In this document: in pieces, positions 11,230 to 20,406 of the stretch | Numbering within the stretch: the first letter of the stretch is position 1 | Layout: every line of letters starts with the position of its first letter | Source of the DNA: an uncultured Actinomycetes bacterium | GTDB taxonomy: Bacteria; Actinomycetota; Thermoleophilia; Gaiellales; JAICJC01 | Direction: 5' to 3' | DNA: 64,000 bases | NCBI GenBank assembly: GCA_963737445.1 | Contig: CAVTSO010000001.1 | Location: forward strand, 398,551-462,550 | The notes under the pieces: generated by a model | Told to the model about the DNA's origin: nothing | The model's input: the letters and a program-made list of their open reading frames with translations, nothing else | Databases searched by the model: none | Program-made: the position numbers and the translations under genes

Positions 11230-11676
11230 TCAGCCGATCGCCCGCTTCACAAGCGCGCTGATCCGTGCCTCCTCGGCGTCCGTCAGCTCCATCAGCGCGT
11301 AGGCGTTCGGCCACATGGCGCCCTCGTCGAGGTGCGCCTTGTCGCTGAAGCCGAGCGTCGCGTACCTCGTCTTGAACTTGTGACCGCTCTGGAAGAAGCA
11401 GACGACCTTGCCGTCCTCCCTCGCATACGCGGGCATCCCGTACCAGGTTCTCGGTGAGAGGTTCGGCGCGGCGGCCTTGACGATGGCGTGCAGCCGCTCG
11501 GCGATGGCGCGATCGTGGTCCGGCATCTCGGCGATCTTCGCGAGCACGTCGCTCTCCCCATCCGCCTTGGTGGCGCGCGAGCCGCGGCGCGCGGCCGACT
11601 TCACCTCCTGGGCGCGCTCCCTCATCGCGGCCCGTTCGTCGTCGGTAAATCCCTTGGACGCTTTCCTCTCAGCCAT
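11230..11676 (-). CDS. DUF1801 (YdhG-like) domain protein
   Basis: [24 protein letters not shown]...[36 protein letters not shown] 11676 is preceded by GGGAGGTAGGGAAG. Confidence 0.7.
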   Translation of the reverse strand: MAERKASKGFTDDERAAMRERAQEVKSAARRGSRATKADGESDVLAKIAEMPDHDRAIAERLHAIVKAAAPNLSPRTWYGMPAYAREDGKVVCFFQSGHKFKTRYATLGFSDKAHLDEGAMWPNAYALMELTDAEEARISALVKRAIG

Positions 11677-11760
11677 CTTCCCTACCTCCCTGCGAGCGAG
11701 TCCCCGAGCTTCCACCTGCCGTGATGGTAAGCGAACCGACGCGAGGGTACGCTCCCGCCC

Positions 11761-12213
11761 GTGGTCTCAGTGCGGCCGATCACCGGGTCGAATCGCGACG
11801 CACTGGAGGCCCTGCGCGTGGCGCCGGCGCAGCGCCGGTTCGTCAGTGGGGTAAGCGAGTCGCTGCGCCAGGCAGCCGAGCACCCCGGTGCCCGCGCCAT
11901 CCCATGGGGCGTGTATGCCGAGCACACGCCGGTCGGGTTCGTGATGATCGCCGACGACGTCGACGGGCCGCCGTACATCCCGCACTACCTCTGGAAGCTG
12001 CTGATCGACGAGCGCTACCAGCGGAAGGGCTACGGCACCGCAACGCTTGACCTGATCGTCGAGTACTTCCGCGGGCGACCGGGCGTCGAGGTGATCTGGA
12101 CGAGCGCGGGCCAGGGTGAGGGCAGCCCGATTGCGTTCTACGAGCGGTACGGATTCGAGCAGACGGGCGAGTTCGAGGAGAACGAGGTCAAACTGCGGCT
12201 GACGATCACCTGA
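11761..12213 (+). CDS. GNAT-family N-acetyltransferase
   Basis: 150 aa with motif A: [19 protein letters not shown]...[12 protein letters not shown]. Confidence 0.8.
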   Translation: MVSVRPITGSNRDALEALRVAPAQRRFVSGVSESLRQAAEHPGARAIPWGVYAEHTPVGFVMIADDVDGPPYIPHYLWKLLIDERYQRKGYGTATLDLIVEYFRGRPGVEVIWTSAGQGEGSPIAFYERYGFEQTGEFEENEVKLRLTIT

Positions 12214-12222
12214 GCGCGACCG

Positions 12223-12633
12223 TTATCCCCCGGCTTCGAGCACCTGCTTCAACCGGGTGAGGTCGGTCTGGACGAGGCCCGCGTCGCGCTCGAAGTCCTC
12301 GTTGCTCATGTCCGGGAGGCGGCGCAGGGTGAACACCACCTCGCAGCCGTCACCGTCTGGGACGACGCGCATGGGGTTGTAGACCACATCGCCTGAGGGC
12401 AGCGTGACCTCGTGGTCGAGGACGCCAAACTCGTACGGCTCGACGAACGCGAAGCCGGCACGGCCGCCCGGCGTCTCCAAGAACCAGTGCCCGTCGATGT
12501 GCTCCACGGAGCTGCCGAGCCCGGGAGCCCATGCCGGAATATTCGCCGGATCGGAGGCGTACCGGTAGACGTCGGCTGCCGGCCGGTCGATCGACTCGCT
12601 GATCTGCTTGGACTCTACGGGCATGGACACCAA
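12223..12633 (-). CDS. SRPBCC (polyketide-cyclase/START-like) protein
   Basis: 136 aa. The composition and length are typical of the SRPBCC fold (ESIDRPAADVYRYASDPANIPAWAPG). Confidence 0.7.
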   Translation of the reverse strand: MVSMPVESKQISESIDRPAADVYRYASDPANIPAWAPGLGSSVEHIDGHWFLETPGGRAGFAFVEPYEFGVLDHEVTLPSGDVVYNPMRVVPDGDGCEVVFTLRRLPDMSNEDFERDAGLVQTDLTRLKQVLEAGG

Positions 12634-12655
12634 TCATGCCAAACATGATCCTCCC

Positions 12656-12945
12656 CTAGCCGTCGCTCACCCGGTCGGCGAACCATCGCACCCACTGCTC
12701 CTGGGCGCTGGTCTCGACCGCGGCCGGGTTGTACTCACGCCTGACCCAATCCACGGCGGTCCCCGGCGGCTCGCCGGCGAGCAGTGCCATGCAGGCAAGG
12801 ACGGTGCCGGTGCGGCCCAGGCCACCCAGTGGTAGAGCCGCAGGCCGGGGTCGGCGGCGAGCCGCCGGGCCACGGTCGACTTGCCGGCGCCGCTGCCACC
12901 ACCGGTCCAGCGGACGTGCTGCAGGCCTCGCCGGCGCGGTCGCGG
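12656..12945 (-). pseudogene. gene remnant: P-loop kinase N-terminal fragment joined to the C-terminal fragment of a Cys-based phosphatase
   Basis: One frame reads VRWTGGGSGAGKSTVARRLAADPGLRLYHW with no start codon, directly after the cspA stop. A second frame continues GGLGRTGTVLACMALLAGEPPGTAVDWVRREYNP...*. That is a PTP-loop tail lacking the catalytic HC and everything upstream. Confidence 0.4.
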
Positions 12946-13152
12946 CTACCCAACCACCGTCACGTTCGCAGCCTCCATGCCCTTGCGGCCCTCCTGCGGC
13001 TCGTACTCGACCTTCTGGCCCTCGTCGAGGTTGCGGAAGCCGGTGCCGGAGATGTTCGAGAAGTGCACGAAGACGTCGCTGCCGCCGTCGTCCGGGGTGA
13101 TGAAGCCGTACCCCTTCGCCTGCGAAAACCATTTCACGATGCCAGTGGCCAT
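12946..13152 (-). CDS. cspA: cold-shock protein
   Basis: [34 protein letters not shown], with the RNP1 and RNP2 motifs. 68 aa. Confidence 0.95.
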   Translation of the reverse strand: MATGIVKWFSQAKGYGFITPDDGGSDVFVHFSNISGTGFRNLDEGQKVEYEPQEGRKGMEAANVTVVG

Positions 13153-13286
13153 TGCCGCTCTCCTGGTCGACGTTTGGGAACGACGCAGGTCAGACACTTC
13201 ATGAGGCCACCACACGCACGTTCATGAACCCACAGGCGGTTCACCTGCGCAAGTTTAGCGAATCGGCGGTTTCGTAGCGGTGAAGA

Positions 13287-16200
13287 TCAGGCCGGCTCGG
13301 CGGCGTCCTGGATCGCCTCCACCGCAGCCTCCGGGGCCGCCCCGTTGGCCTCGGCGGCGCCCGGTTCGCCGTTTCCGCGGCGTCGTGAGCGCGACCTCGA
13401 CCGCCGCCGCCGCTCGCGCCGCTCGGGCGACGCGCCGACCGGCTCGCCGCGCGCCAGCTTGCGCACCGCGCCCGGCCGCGAGTCACGCGTCTTCTGCCCG
13501 TCCACCTCGATCTCGAACTCGACCCGCACGCGCCCGCGCACGCCTGCGCCCTTGAGCTGCACCAGCACGCGGCGGGCTGCATCGTCGGCCAGTACCTGTG
13601 CCTCCTCGACCGTCAGCGGCACGACGAGCCCGGCGCCGTCCACGGCCACACGCGCGTGCCGGTCGCTGCGCTGCGGCTCGCTCAGCACCTTCGCCACCGA
13701 GATCTCGAGCGGCTCCACCTCTGCGGCCGCCGCGCGCACCTCCTGTGCGGTATTCACGGGCTCCATCTTCGACCCGGTCAGCCTCCAGCTGAGCGGGGGC
13801 TTGTCTCCCAGCGATGTACCGACCACAAGGTCGGCGTCGTCGCGCAGCCGCACCGCGACCGCGGCCGGGATCTCGATCAGCACGCGGCCGTCCACACGCT
13901 TCACCGGCACGGCCGGCGGCGTGGCGCCGACGACGGCGCCGTTGAATGAGACGGTCTCGCCCTTGTCGGACTTCTCCTTGGCCTTGGCCCGCTTCGCCTG
14001 TTTGGTCTTGGGCTGCGGCGCCGGGATGTTCGAGCCGAGCGCGGCGGCCAGCCGGTGCGGATCCTGGGACAGCGCCACGCGTGCGCGCTCCACCAACCGT
14101 TCGGCGCCGCTGTTGCGCCGCGGCGAGGCGACGGCCAGGATGGCAGCGCCGGCCTCCAGCGGTGAGGTGGTGGCGACGGTGACCAGCCGCGCGGCCGCCT
14201 CGGTGTTGGTCTTGTCGTCGGAGGCCGCCGCCAGCGCGCCCAGCAGGCTGCGGCCGTCGGTGACGTGGGCTCCCGCGTAGCGGTACTCGTGGTCGCGGGC
14301 GGCCCGGGCCAGCTGCCACGTCCAGGCCACGATCCGGTCGATCGGGGCATCGATCTTGCCGTCGCCCATGGCCAGCAGCAGCACGCGCGCACCCTGGCCG
14401 CGATCCTGCTGCCAGGTGGGCGCCGCCTCCACCAGCCGGCAGGCCATGGCGAAGGTGGTCTGGCTGGGCCGCTGGGAGGACAGGTCGCCGAGCGCAGCCA
14501 GGCGCAGCTTGCGGTGCTTGTTCTCGGCGGCGCAGGTGAACAGGAACAGCTCCCGCGATTCGGGCTGCAGCGCTGCGATCCGCTCGGCCAGCTGCTGCGC
14601 GTCGGCCGGCGTGACGGCGCGAGCGGCGACGACGGCCCAGGCGCGCTGCTCGTCGATCGGCAGCTTGGACGCATCCACCAGGCGCCACTGGTTCGCGATC
14701 ACCGCGATCCGGCGCTCAGGGTTGTCCGAGACGGGGACGATCCAGGAGGCTTCCTTGACGATCGGCTTCGGCGGCCGGCGGCGCCAGCGGCGGCGGCGCG
14801 GCGGCGGCGGCGTGACCAGCCCGCTGGGCCGGTACGCGTCGACGTCGAGCAGCGAGTGCAGCGTGATCACGCGCTCGGTGTGCGGCGCGCCGGGCTCGGC
14901 GAAGTCGACCACGATGCCCGATTCCTTACGGCGGTGGAGGCGCATGATGCGGCCGACCCGCTGCTGGTAGACGCGGCGGCTGGCGGTCGGCGCGAGGTGC
15001 ATGCAGACCGTGGCGCGGGGGGCGTTCCATCCCTCGGCCAGGAGCATCGCGTTCACCAGCACGTTGATCTCGCCGCGCTCGTAGGCGGCCAGCGTCTCGG
15101 CGAGGACGCGGGGCGGCGTGCGGCCGGAGACGGCGGCGGCCCGCAGCCCGATCGCCTTCATGGCCGCGGCCACGCGCTCGGCGTGGTCGACACCGGCCGC
15201 ATAGACGATCCCCGGCGTGTCGCCGAACCGGCTCTGGTAGAGGTCGGCGGCGGCCATGTTCAGGGGGTCGAGGTCGAGTGCGACGGCCAGCTGGCCCTGG
15301 TCGAAGTCGCCGCCGACGATCTCGACGGTGCGTAGCGAGGCGATCGGGCGCACGCGGATGCAGCGAAGCGGCGCGACCACCCCGCGGCGCACGGCCTCGG
15401 CCAGCGGGAGGTCGGCGACCTCGGCGGGGAACACGTCCGAGACGTGCTTCTGAAGCAGCTGGTCGGTGGCGGTCATGCCGATGTAGACCGGCTCGGACAG
15501 GCTCCGGATCGCGGCCGAGGTCTTCTCGCCCAGCGCGGTGTGGGCCTCGTCGCAGACGACCACGCCGTACACGTCGGCCTTCAGCTGCGAGGCGTGCTTG
15601 ATGAACCAGGAATAGGTGTTGATCGTGAGCGGCGGCGTGTCGGGCGTGCGATCGCCGACCAGCACTGCCTCATGCAGCCGCGGGCCGTAGCCCTCCTTGG
15701 TGAGGTCGCGCGTGAACTGGTCGACCAGCAGCCGGCGGTGGGTGAGGATCAGGACGCCGGTGGTGCGCGCGGCATCGACGAAGCCGGCCGCGGCGATGGT
15801 CTTGCCGGACGCGGTCGGGTGCTTGAACCGGTACCGGCGCCGGGCGCCGGGGTCGTCGGTGGGCGCATCGGCCTCCAGCTCGTGGACGGGCGCGACGTGT
15901 GCGACCGCCACGTCGAAGCCGGCGTCGTTGCGGTGGTCGTCGCCGTTCTCGTCGCCGTTCCCGTTGCCGTTGCCGTTCCCGTTGCCCTCGTCGTCGTCCT
16001 CCTCGTCCTCCTCCCCCTCGCCACGCTCGCGGTCGGCGATCAGCGCGGCCAGCTGTCCGGCCAGCGCGTCCACCTGGTGGCGGCGCAGCGCGGTGCCGGA
16101 GGCCAGCCGCGGAGGCTGGCCGGAGAGCATGCGGTCGAGGCCGAGGATCAGGGAGAAGTCGCGACGCCAGGCGAAGCTGGGCTCGACCAGCCCGCGATCC

Positions 16201-16355
16201 ATCTCGGCGATGGCCGCGTCGAGGGCGGCTCGGCGCGCGGTGCCGGGGGCGAGCGCCGAATCGGCATTCTCACCCTCATGTAAGAGCGGTTCTCCGCACC
16301 ACGCAGATACGCGTCGCGCGGCCGCTTCCAGATCAGCCGTGATCCCCAAAGTCAT
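13287..16355 (-). CDS. SF2 DEAD/DEAH-type helicase with long C-terminal extension
   Basis: ATG 16355 (MTLGITADLE). Motifs: I HPTASGKT, II VCDEAH, III MTAT, VI QQRVGRIMR. An acidic/GN low-complexity insert lies near the N-terminus, and the last roughly 500 aa are uncharacterised and end in an Arg-rich tail. Confidence 0.85.
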   Translation of the reverse strand: MTLGITADLEAAARRVSAWCGEPLLHEGENADSALAPGTARRAALDAAIAEMDRGLVEPSFAWRRDFSLILGLDRMLSGQPPRLASGTALRRHQVDALAGQLAALIADRERGEGEEDEEDDDEGNGNGNGNGNGDENGDDHRNDAGFDVAVAHVAPVHELEADAPTDDPGARRRYRFKHPTASGKTIAAAGFVDAARTTGVLILTHRRLLVDQFTRDLTKEGYGPRLHEAVLVGDRTPDTPPLTINTYSWFIKHASQLKADVYGVVVCDEAHTALGEKTSAAIRSLSEPVYIGMTATDQLLQKHVSDVFPAEVADLPLAEAVRRGVVAPLRCIRVRPIASLRTVEIVGGDFDQGQLAVALDLDPLNMAAADLYQSRFGDTPGIVYAAGVDHAERVAAAMKAIGLRAAAVSGRTPPRVLAETLAAYERGEINVLVNAMLLAEGWNAPRATVCMHLAPTASRRVYQQRVGRIMRLHRRKESGIVVDFAEPGAPHTERVITLHSLLDVDAYRPSGLVTPPPPRRRRWRRRPPKPIVKEASWIVPVSDNPERRIAVIANQWRLVDASKLPIDEQRAWAVVAARAVTPADAQQLAERIAALQPESRELFLFTCAAENKHRKLRLAALGDLSSQRPSQTTFAMACRLVEAAPTWQQDRGQGARVLLLAMGDGKIDAPIDRIVAWTWQLARAARDHEYRYAGAHVTDGRSLLGALAAASDDKTNTEAAARLVTVATTSPLEAGAAILAVASPRRNSGAERLVERARVALSQDPHRLAAALGSNIPAPQPKTKQAKRAKAKEKSDKGETVSFNGAVVGATPPAVPVKRVDGRVLIEIPAAVAVRLRDDADLVVGTSLGDKPPLSWRLTGSKMEPVNTAQEVRAAAAEVEPLEISVAKVLSEPQRSDRHARVAVDGAGLVVPLTVEEAQVLADDAARRVLVQLKGAGVRGRVRVEFEIEVDGQKTRDSRPGAVRKLARGEPVGASPERRERRRRSRSRSRRRGNGEPGAAEANGAAPEAAVEAIQDAAEPA

Positions 16356-16413
16356 GCAGTTGGAGCCATCCGGGTCATACGGGCGCCATGGCAGGCGGCT
16401 CCGGAAGGCGCAA

Positions 16414-17211
16414 TCAGTGTAGCAGCGCGGATGCCACGAGGGCGGCGAGATCCGCGTGCAGCGCCGGCCCGGCCGCCAGCGCCCCGTCGCCGCTGTCCCC
16501 CACCGGCACCAGCGGGCTGACGACGCCGCCCGCCTCGGACACCAGCAGCACGCCGGCAGCGCGGTCCCAGCGACGCGTGCCAAGCTCGTAGTACCCGTCC
16601 AGGCGGCCGCAGGCCACCCAGGCCAGATCGATCGCCGCCGATCCGGCGCGGCGGACGTCGCGCACCCGCGGCAGGATCCGGGTGAGGGCCCGCGCCTGGC
16701 CGGCGCGCACCTCTGCGGAGTACGAGAAGCCGGTGCCGATCAGGCTGCGGGAGAGGTCGCCGCAGGTAGAGACCGCGATCGCCGTCCCGTTGCAGAAGGC
16801 GCCGCCCCCGCGCACCGCGGTGAAGGTCTCGCTCAGGCAAGGGTGGTGCACGACGCCGGCGACGCCCCCGTCGGCGTCCTCACAGGCCACCGACACCGCC
16901 CACACCGGCTCGCGGTAGAGGTAGTTGGTAGTGCCGTCCAGCGGGTCGACCACCCACAGCAGGTCACCGGCGCCGGCGGCCCGCCCGCCCTCCTCCCCCA
17001 GCACGGCATCGCCGGGGCGCCGCTCGCCGATCAGCGAACGGATCAGGGCCTCCGCGTCGCGGTCGGCGTCGGAGACCATGTCGGTGCTGCTGCTCTTGCG
17101 CCCGACGCCCGTGGCGGGGCGTCGAAACCGCTCCAGCAAGAGGTCGCCGGCCGCCACGGCTGCGGCCACCGCAACCTCGAGCAGCGCCTGATGATCACGT
17201 GAGGCGGGCAT
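16414..17211 (-). CDS. inositol monophosphatase-family protein
   Basis: LGEEGG, WVVDPLDGTTNY and WDRAAGVLLVSEAGG are IMPase signatures. Confidence 0.85.
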   Translation of the reverse strand: MPASRDHQALLEVAVAAAVAAGDLLLERFRRPATGVGRKSSSTDMVSDADRDAEALIRSLIGERRPGDAVLGEEGGRAAGAGDLLWVVDPLDGTTNYLYREPVWAVSVACEDADGGVAGVVHHPCLSETFTAVRGGGAFCNGTAIAVSTCGDLSRSLIGTGFSYSAEVRAGQARALTRILPRVRDVRRAGSAAIDLAWVACGRLDGYYELGTRRWDRAAGVLLVSEAGGVVSPLVPVGDSGDGALAAGPALHADLAALVASALLH

Positions 17212-17492
17212 CGCGGCAGTCTATGCCGTCGTCGAGCTTTTGGAAGACCAGGGACAGATTCGGTGAAATTCCTGCAATTCGCTAGATTTTTCGCCTGCTG
17301 ACGTGCATGCTTCCTGCATGCGACGCATGATCCATCGACTGCTCGACCGCCGGCGCGAGCGACGGCTGGCGCTGGAGCTCGAGCATCGCTTCAGGGCTCA
17401 GATGAACGCCCGCGCCGAGGCAGCGGCGCGGATGGCCGACGACCTGTAGCTGGACTAGCTGAAAAGCCCCCGGCGTCGCCTACGATGCCCGC

Positions 17493-17948
17493 ATGGCACG
17501 GCTCAACTACTCACGTCTGAGTGACCGACTACTGGCCGGGGCCATGCCCCACTCGGCCGAGCACGTGGCCACGCTGCACGACGAGGGCGTGCAGCTCGTG
17601 ATCAACCTGTGCGAGGAGCGCGAGTACTGGGTGGGCGAGCGGGAGGCGGTTCTGAGCGCCTACAGCAAGGCCCGCATCCGCGAGCTGCACCTGCCGGTCA
17701 AGGACGGCGCCACCATCCCGCCCGGGGTGATCGATGTTGCGGTCGAGCGCGGAGCAGCGAGCGTTGTGTACGTTCATTGCAGGGGTGGCCGCGAGCGATC
17801 CGCGACGGTCGCTACGGCACTCTTGGCGCGAGAGCAACAGCTGTCGATCGACCAGGCAATGGCGCTGGCCAGGGCGGGAAGGCCGGTGTTCTGCCCGCTG
17901 CCATGGCAAATGGCGGGACTTCAGGCCTGGGCGGCGAACATCGCCTGA
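17493..17948 (+). CDS. dual-specificity (Cys-based) protein phosphatase
   Basis: Active-site loop VHCRGGRERSATVA (HCX5R[ST]). 151 aa. Confidence 0.8.
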   Translation: MARLNYSRLSDRLLAGAMPHSAEHVATLHDEGVQLVINLCEEREYWVGEREAVLSAYSKARIRELHLPVKDGATIPPGVIDVAVERGAASVVYVHCRGGRERSATVATALLAREQQLSIDQAMALARAGRPVFCPLPWQMAGLQAWAANIA

Positions 17949-18119
17949 CCTGGCCGATGCGGTGCCGTCTTGAGGCACTGGTATCGTCCACCCTGGACGT
18001 GCGCAGTTTCCTTGGGTGACGCGTTACCCCTTGCGTTCTCGGCGGATTGTTCGTATTCTCAAGGCGCACGGGGTATCGGTAAAAAGGCTTCATCGGGTAG
18101 ACGAGGAGAGGTGGTTCCA

Positions 18120-18362
18120 ATGACGAAGGCTCTCAGGGGCGTGCTCATCCTGCTGGGCTCGACCGCGATTCTGGCAGTTTCGGCCGCAACCGCGTTTGCC
18201 GGTGACGGCTACGCCAGCGGCGGCGTTGCAGGCGAGTCGACCGGCGGCGGCGGAACGCTTCCGTTCACGGGCGCTGAGCTTGCCCTGTATGTCGTGATCG
18301 GCCTGGCCATCGTGGCCAGCGGTCTGGCACTGCGTGCGTACTCAGCACGCCGAGTCAGCTAG
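18120..18362 (+). CDS. 80-aa secreted mini-protein with LPXTG-type sorting signal
   Basis: ATG 18120 follows GAGGAGAGGTGG. The protein has a signal peptide (MTKALRGVLILLGSTAILAVSAATAFA), a 24-aa Gly-rich segment, then LPFTG plus a TM helix plus the basic tail RAYSARRVS. Confidence 0.6.
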   Translation: MTKALRGVLILLGSTAILAVSAATAFAGDGYASGGVAGESTGGGGTLPFTGAELALYVVIGLAIVASGLALRAYSARRVS

Positions 18363-18386
18363 CTGCGCACGGCACATAGCGGTTTC

Positions 18387-18417
18387 GAGAGGGCGCCTTC
18401 GGGCGCCTTCTCTGTTT
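18387..18417 (+). terminator. putative intrinsic terminator
   Basis: GAGAGGGCGCC-TTCG-GGCGCCTTCTC hairpin with one mismatch, followed by TGTTT. It lies 25 nt after the stop at 18362. Confidence 0.55.
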
Positions 18418-18596
18418 AAGCAACCCCGCCGGCACCCCGGATCTGGCGCGCGTCAAATACTGCCCTAACTACGCTCCCGGATGATGGACGCTCGCCGCCC
18501 GCCGCCGGATTGGCGGGCGGCCATCTGGGGTAATCGGTCTCCAAATTGAGGTATTCGCGCTCAAGCTGATCGTCTGCGCGAACGATGAAGAACTAG

Positions 18597-19214
18597 ATGA
18601 CTCCGTCGGAACTGACAGCGCTCCTGGCCCGTGCAAACGACCGCGTCCGGTCGGCGCTGACGGGCGCCTCGTCGCTCGTGCTCCTGGCGCTGCTGGCGCT
18701 GGTCGGCAGCTACGGCGTCCACAAGATCCAGCCCGGCATGGCCAAGACAGTCGCCGTGCTGGCCGTGCTCGGCGTGGGGCTGCTGATCCTGGCCTACCGG
18801 TTCTTCCGGTGGCAGCGTGACGAGCTCTACGACGACGTCGTGCTGCACGGATTCCGGCACGTGCATCCGCAGGCGGTCGCGCGGCGCGCCGCCGAGCTCG
18901 TGTCGCGCAGGCAGCGACGCCAGATCGCGGACACCCTCGATCGGTTCGTGGAGGCCGCGTTCGAAAACCACCCCACCCCCGTGCCCGTGCACCGCGGCGC
19001 GCTGATCGAGCTGCGGCCGCAGGTGGCCGAGCTGTCCACGATCCTGCGCACACCGGACGTCGAGCTTGAGCCGGCGGGGATGGTGCTGCTGGGCCGCTTC
19101 ATCAGCGACGGCGCCACCAGCCCGCTGTTCAAGCTGAACGCCCACCCGACCGAGGTGGAGCGCGAGCTGGCGCGGATCTCGCGCGTGCTCAGCCGCGAGC
19201 GCGAAGCCGCGTAG
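18597..19214 (+). CDS. hypothetical membrane protein
   Basis: 205 aa with two N-terminal TM helices and a soluble Arg-rich C-terminal domain. I do not recognise a family. Confidence 0.55.
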   Translation: MTPSELTALLARANDRVRSALTGASSLVLLALLALVGSYGVHKIQPGMAKTVAVLAVLGVGLLILAYRFFRWQRDELYDDVVLHGFRHVHPQAVARRAAELVSRRQRRQIADTLDRFVEAAFENHPTPVPVHRGALIELRPQVAELSTILRTPDVELEPAGMVLLGRFISDGATSPLFKLNAHPTEVERELARISRVLSREREAA

Positions 19215-19228
19215 GCCGGTTCGAGCAT

Positions 19229-20401
19229 CTAAAGCTCCAGCAGCTGCGGCACGCCCCGGCGCTCCAGCCCGCGACTGATGATCAGCCGCTGGATCTCGGA
19301 GGTGCCCTCCCAGATGCGGTCGACGCGCAGCTCACGCCACAGCCGTTCGACCGGGTTGCGACGCATGTAGCCGCGCCCGCCGAAGATCTGGACGACGCGG
19401 TCGGCCACGCGCCCGGCCGTCTCGGACGCGACCAGCTTGGCCATCGAGGCCTTGGCGTGCACCAGCTTGGGGTCGGCGCCCGAGTCGTGCAGCTGTCCCA
19501 CGTAGTAGGTCAGCAGCCGGGCCGCCGTCACCTCGGCCGCACAGTCGGCAAGCATGAACGAGATCGCCTGGTGATCGAAGATGCGCCCGCCGAACTGCTC
19601 GCGCTCCAGCGCCCACTCGGTGCCCAGCTCGATCAGGCGGTCGCACGCGCCGCAGCAGCGCGCGGCGATGTGCACGCGCTCCTCGATGAACCACTCGCCG
19701 GTCAGGTCGAACCCCTGCCCCACCTCACCCAGCACCGCGCCGACTGGCACCGGCGCGTCCGTGAAGGTGTACTCGGGGTGCCGGTAGGGGAAGTTGTGCG
19801 TGAAGTCGGGATCGTCGGTCATCTCCACGCCCGGCAGATCTTTGTCGACGATGAACAGCGTCGGCTGGCGCTCCAGCCCGTCGACGGCCCAGGCCAGTAC
19901 CAGGAAGTAGCTGGCGATGTCGCCGTCGGTGACGAACCACTTCTTGCCCGAGAGGCGGTAGACGTCGCCGTCCCGCACCGCCTCGGCACGGATGCCGCGC
20001 GCGTCGGAGCCGGCATGCTCCTCGGTGATCGCGTAGGCGTGGCGATGGTCTCCGCGCACGTCGGGCAGCAGGTACCGCTCGATCTGCTCGGGCGTGCCAT
20101 GGACGAGCACGTTGGAGGGGCTCCAGACCAGCACCCAAAGGCAGTTCGTGAGCCGGCCCAGCTGCTCGTGCATCACGATCTGCTCGGTCAGGTTGAGGCC
20201 GGCGCCGCCGTACTGGGTGGGGATGTTGGCGGCGTTCAGGCCGGACGCCAGCACCGCACGCTTGACGTGTGCGTGAGCCTCTGCCGACAGCCGCCCGCCG
20301 TTCTGCTCGGCCTCCAGCTCCAGCGGCTGCAGCACGTCGTCGACCAGCGACCGGGTGCGGGCGCGCAGCTGCTTCAACTCGGGGCTGAGCGTGAAATCCA
20401 T
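19229..20401 (-). CDS. acyl-CoA dehydrogenase
   Basis: 390 aa. AYAITEEHAGSD, GKKWFVTDG and the C-terminal QIFGGRGYMRRNPVERLWRELRVDRIWEGTSEIQR. Confidence 0.9.
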   Translation of the reverse strand: MDFTLSPELKQLRARTRSLVDDVLQPLELEAEQNGGRLSAEAHAHVKRAVLASGLNAANIPTQYGGAGLNLTEQIVMHEQLGRLTNCLWVLVWSPSNVLVHGTPEQIERYLLPDVRGDHRHAYAITEEHAGSDARGIRAEAVRDGDVYRLSGKKWFVTDGDIASYFLVLAWAVDGLERQPTLFIVDKDLPGVEMTDDPDFTHNFPYRHPEYTFTDAPVPVGAVLGEVGQGFDLTGEWFIEERVHIAARCCGACDRLIELGTEWALEREQFGGRIFDHQAISFMLADCAAEVTAARLLTYYVGQLHDSGADPKLVHAKASMAKLVASETAGRVADRVVQIFGGRGYMRRNPVERLWRELRVDRIWEGTSEIQRLIISRGLERRGVPQLLEL

Positions 20402-20406
20402 TCAGG

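Noticed and set aside
15940-16020. Tandem GCCGTT/CCCGTT hexamer array and GAC/GAG-rich run.
   Set aside because: This is not a CRISPR array or a mobile repeat. It lies inside the helicase ORF and encodes the GNGNGN/acidic low-complexity insert.
17318-17449. 43-codon ORF (MRRMIHRLLDRRRERRLALELEHRFRAQMNARAEAAARMADDL) in the AT-richer intergenic region upstream of the phosphatase gene.
   Set aside because: It has no SD, is a highly basic helical peptide of no recognisable family, and is too short to support from sequence alone.
18495-18520. Perfect 9-bp GC hairpin CCGCCCGCC-N8-GGCGGGCGG between the LPXTG gene and the next ORF.
   Set aside because: No U/T tract follows on either strand, and it lies about 80 nt downstream of a better terminator candidate. 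No function can be assigned.
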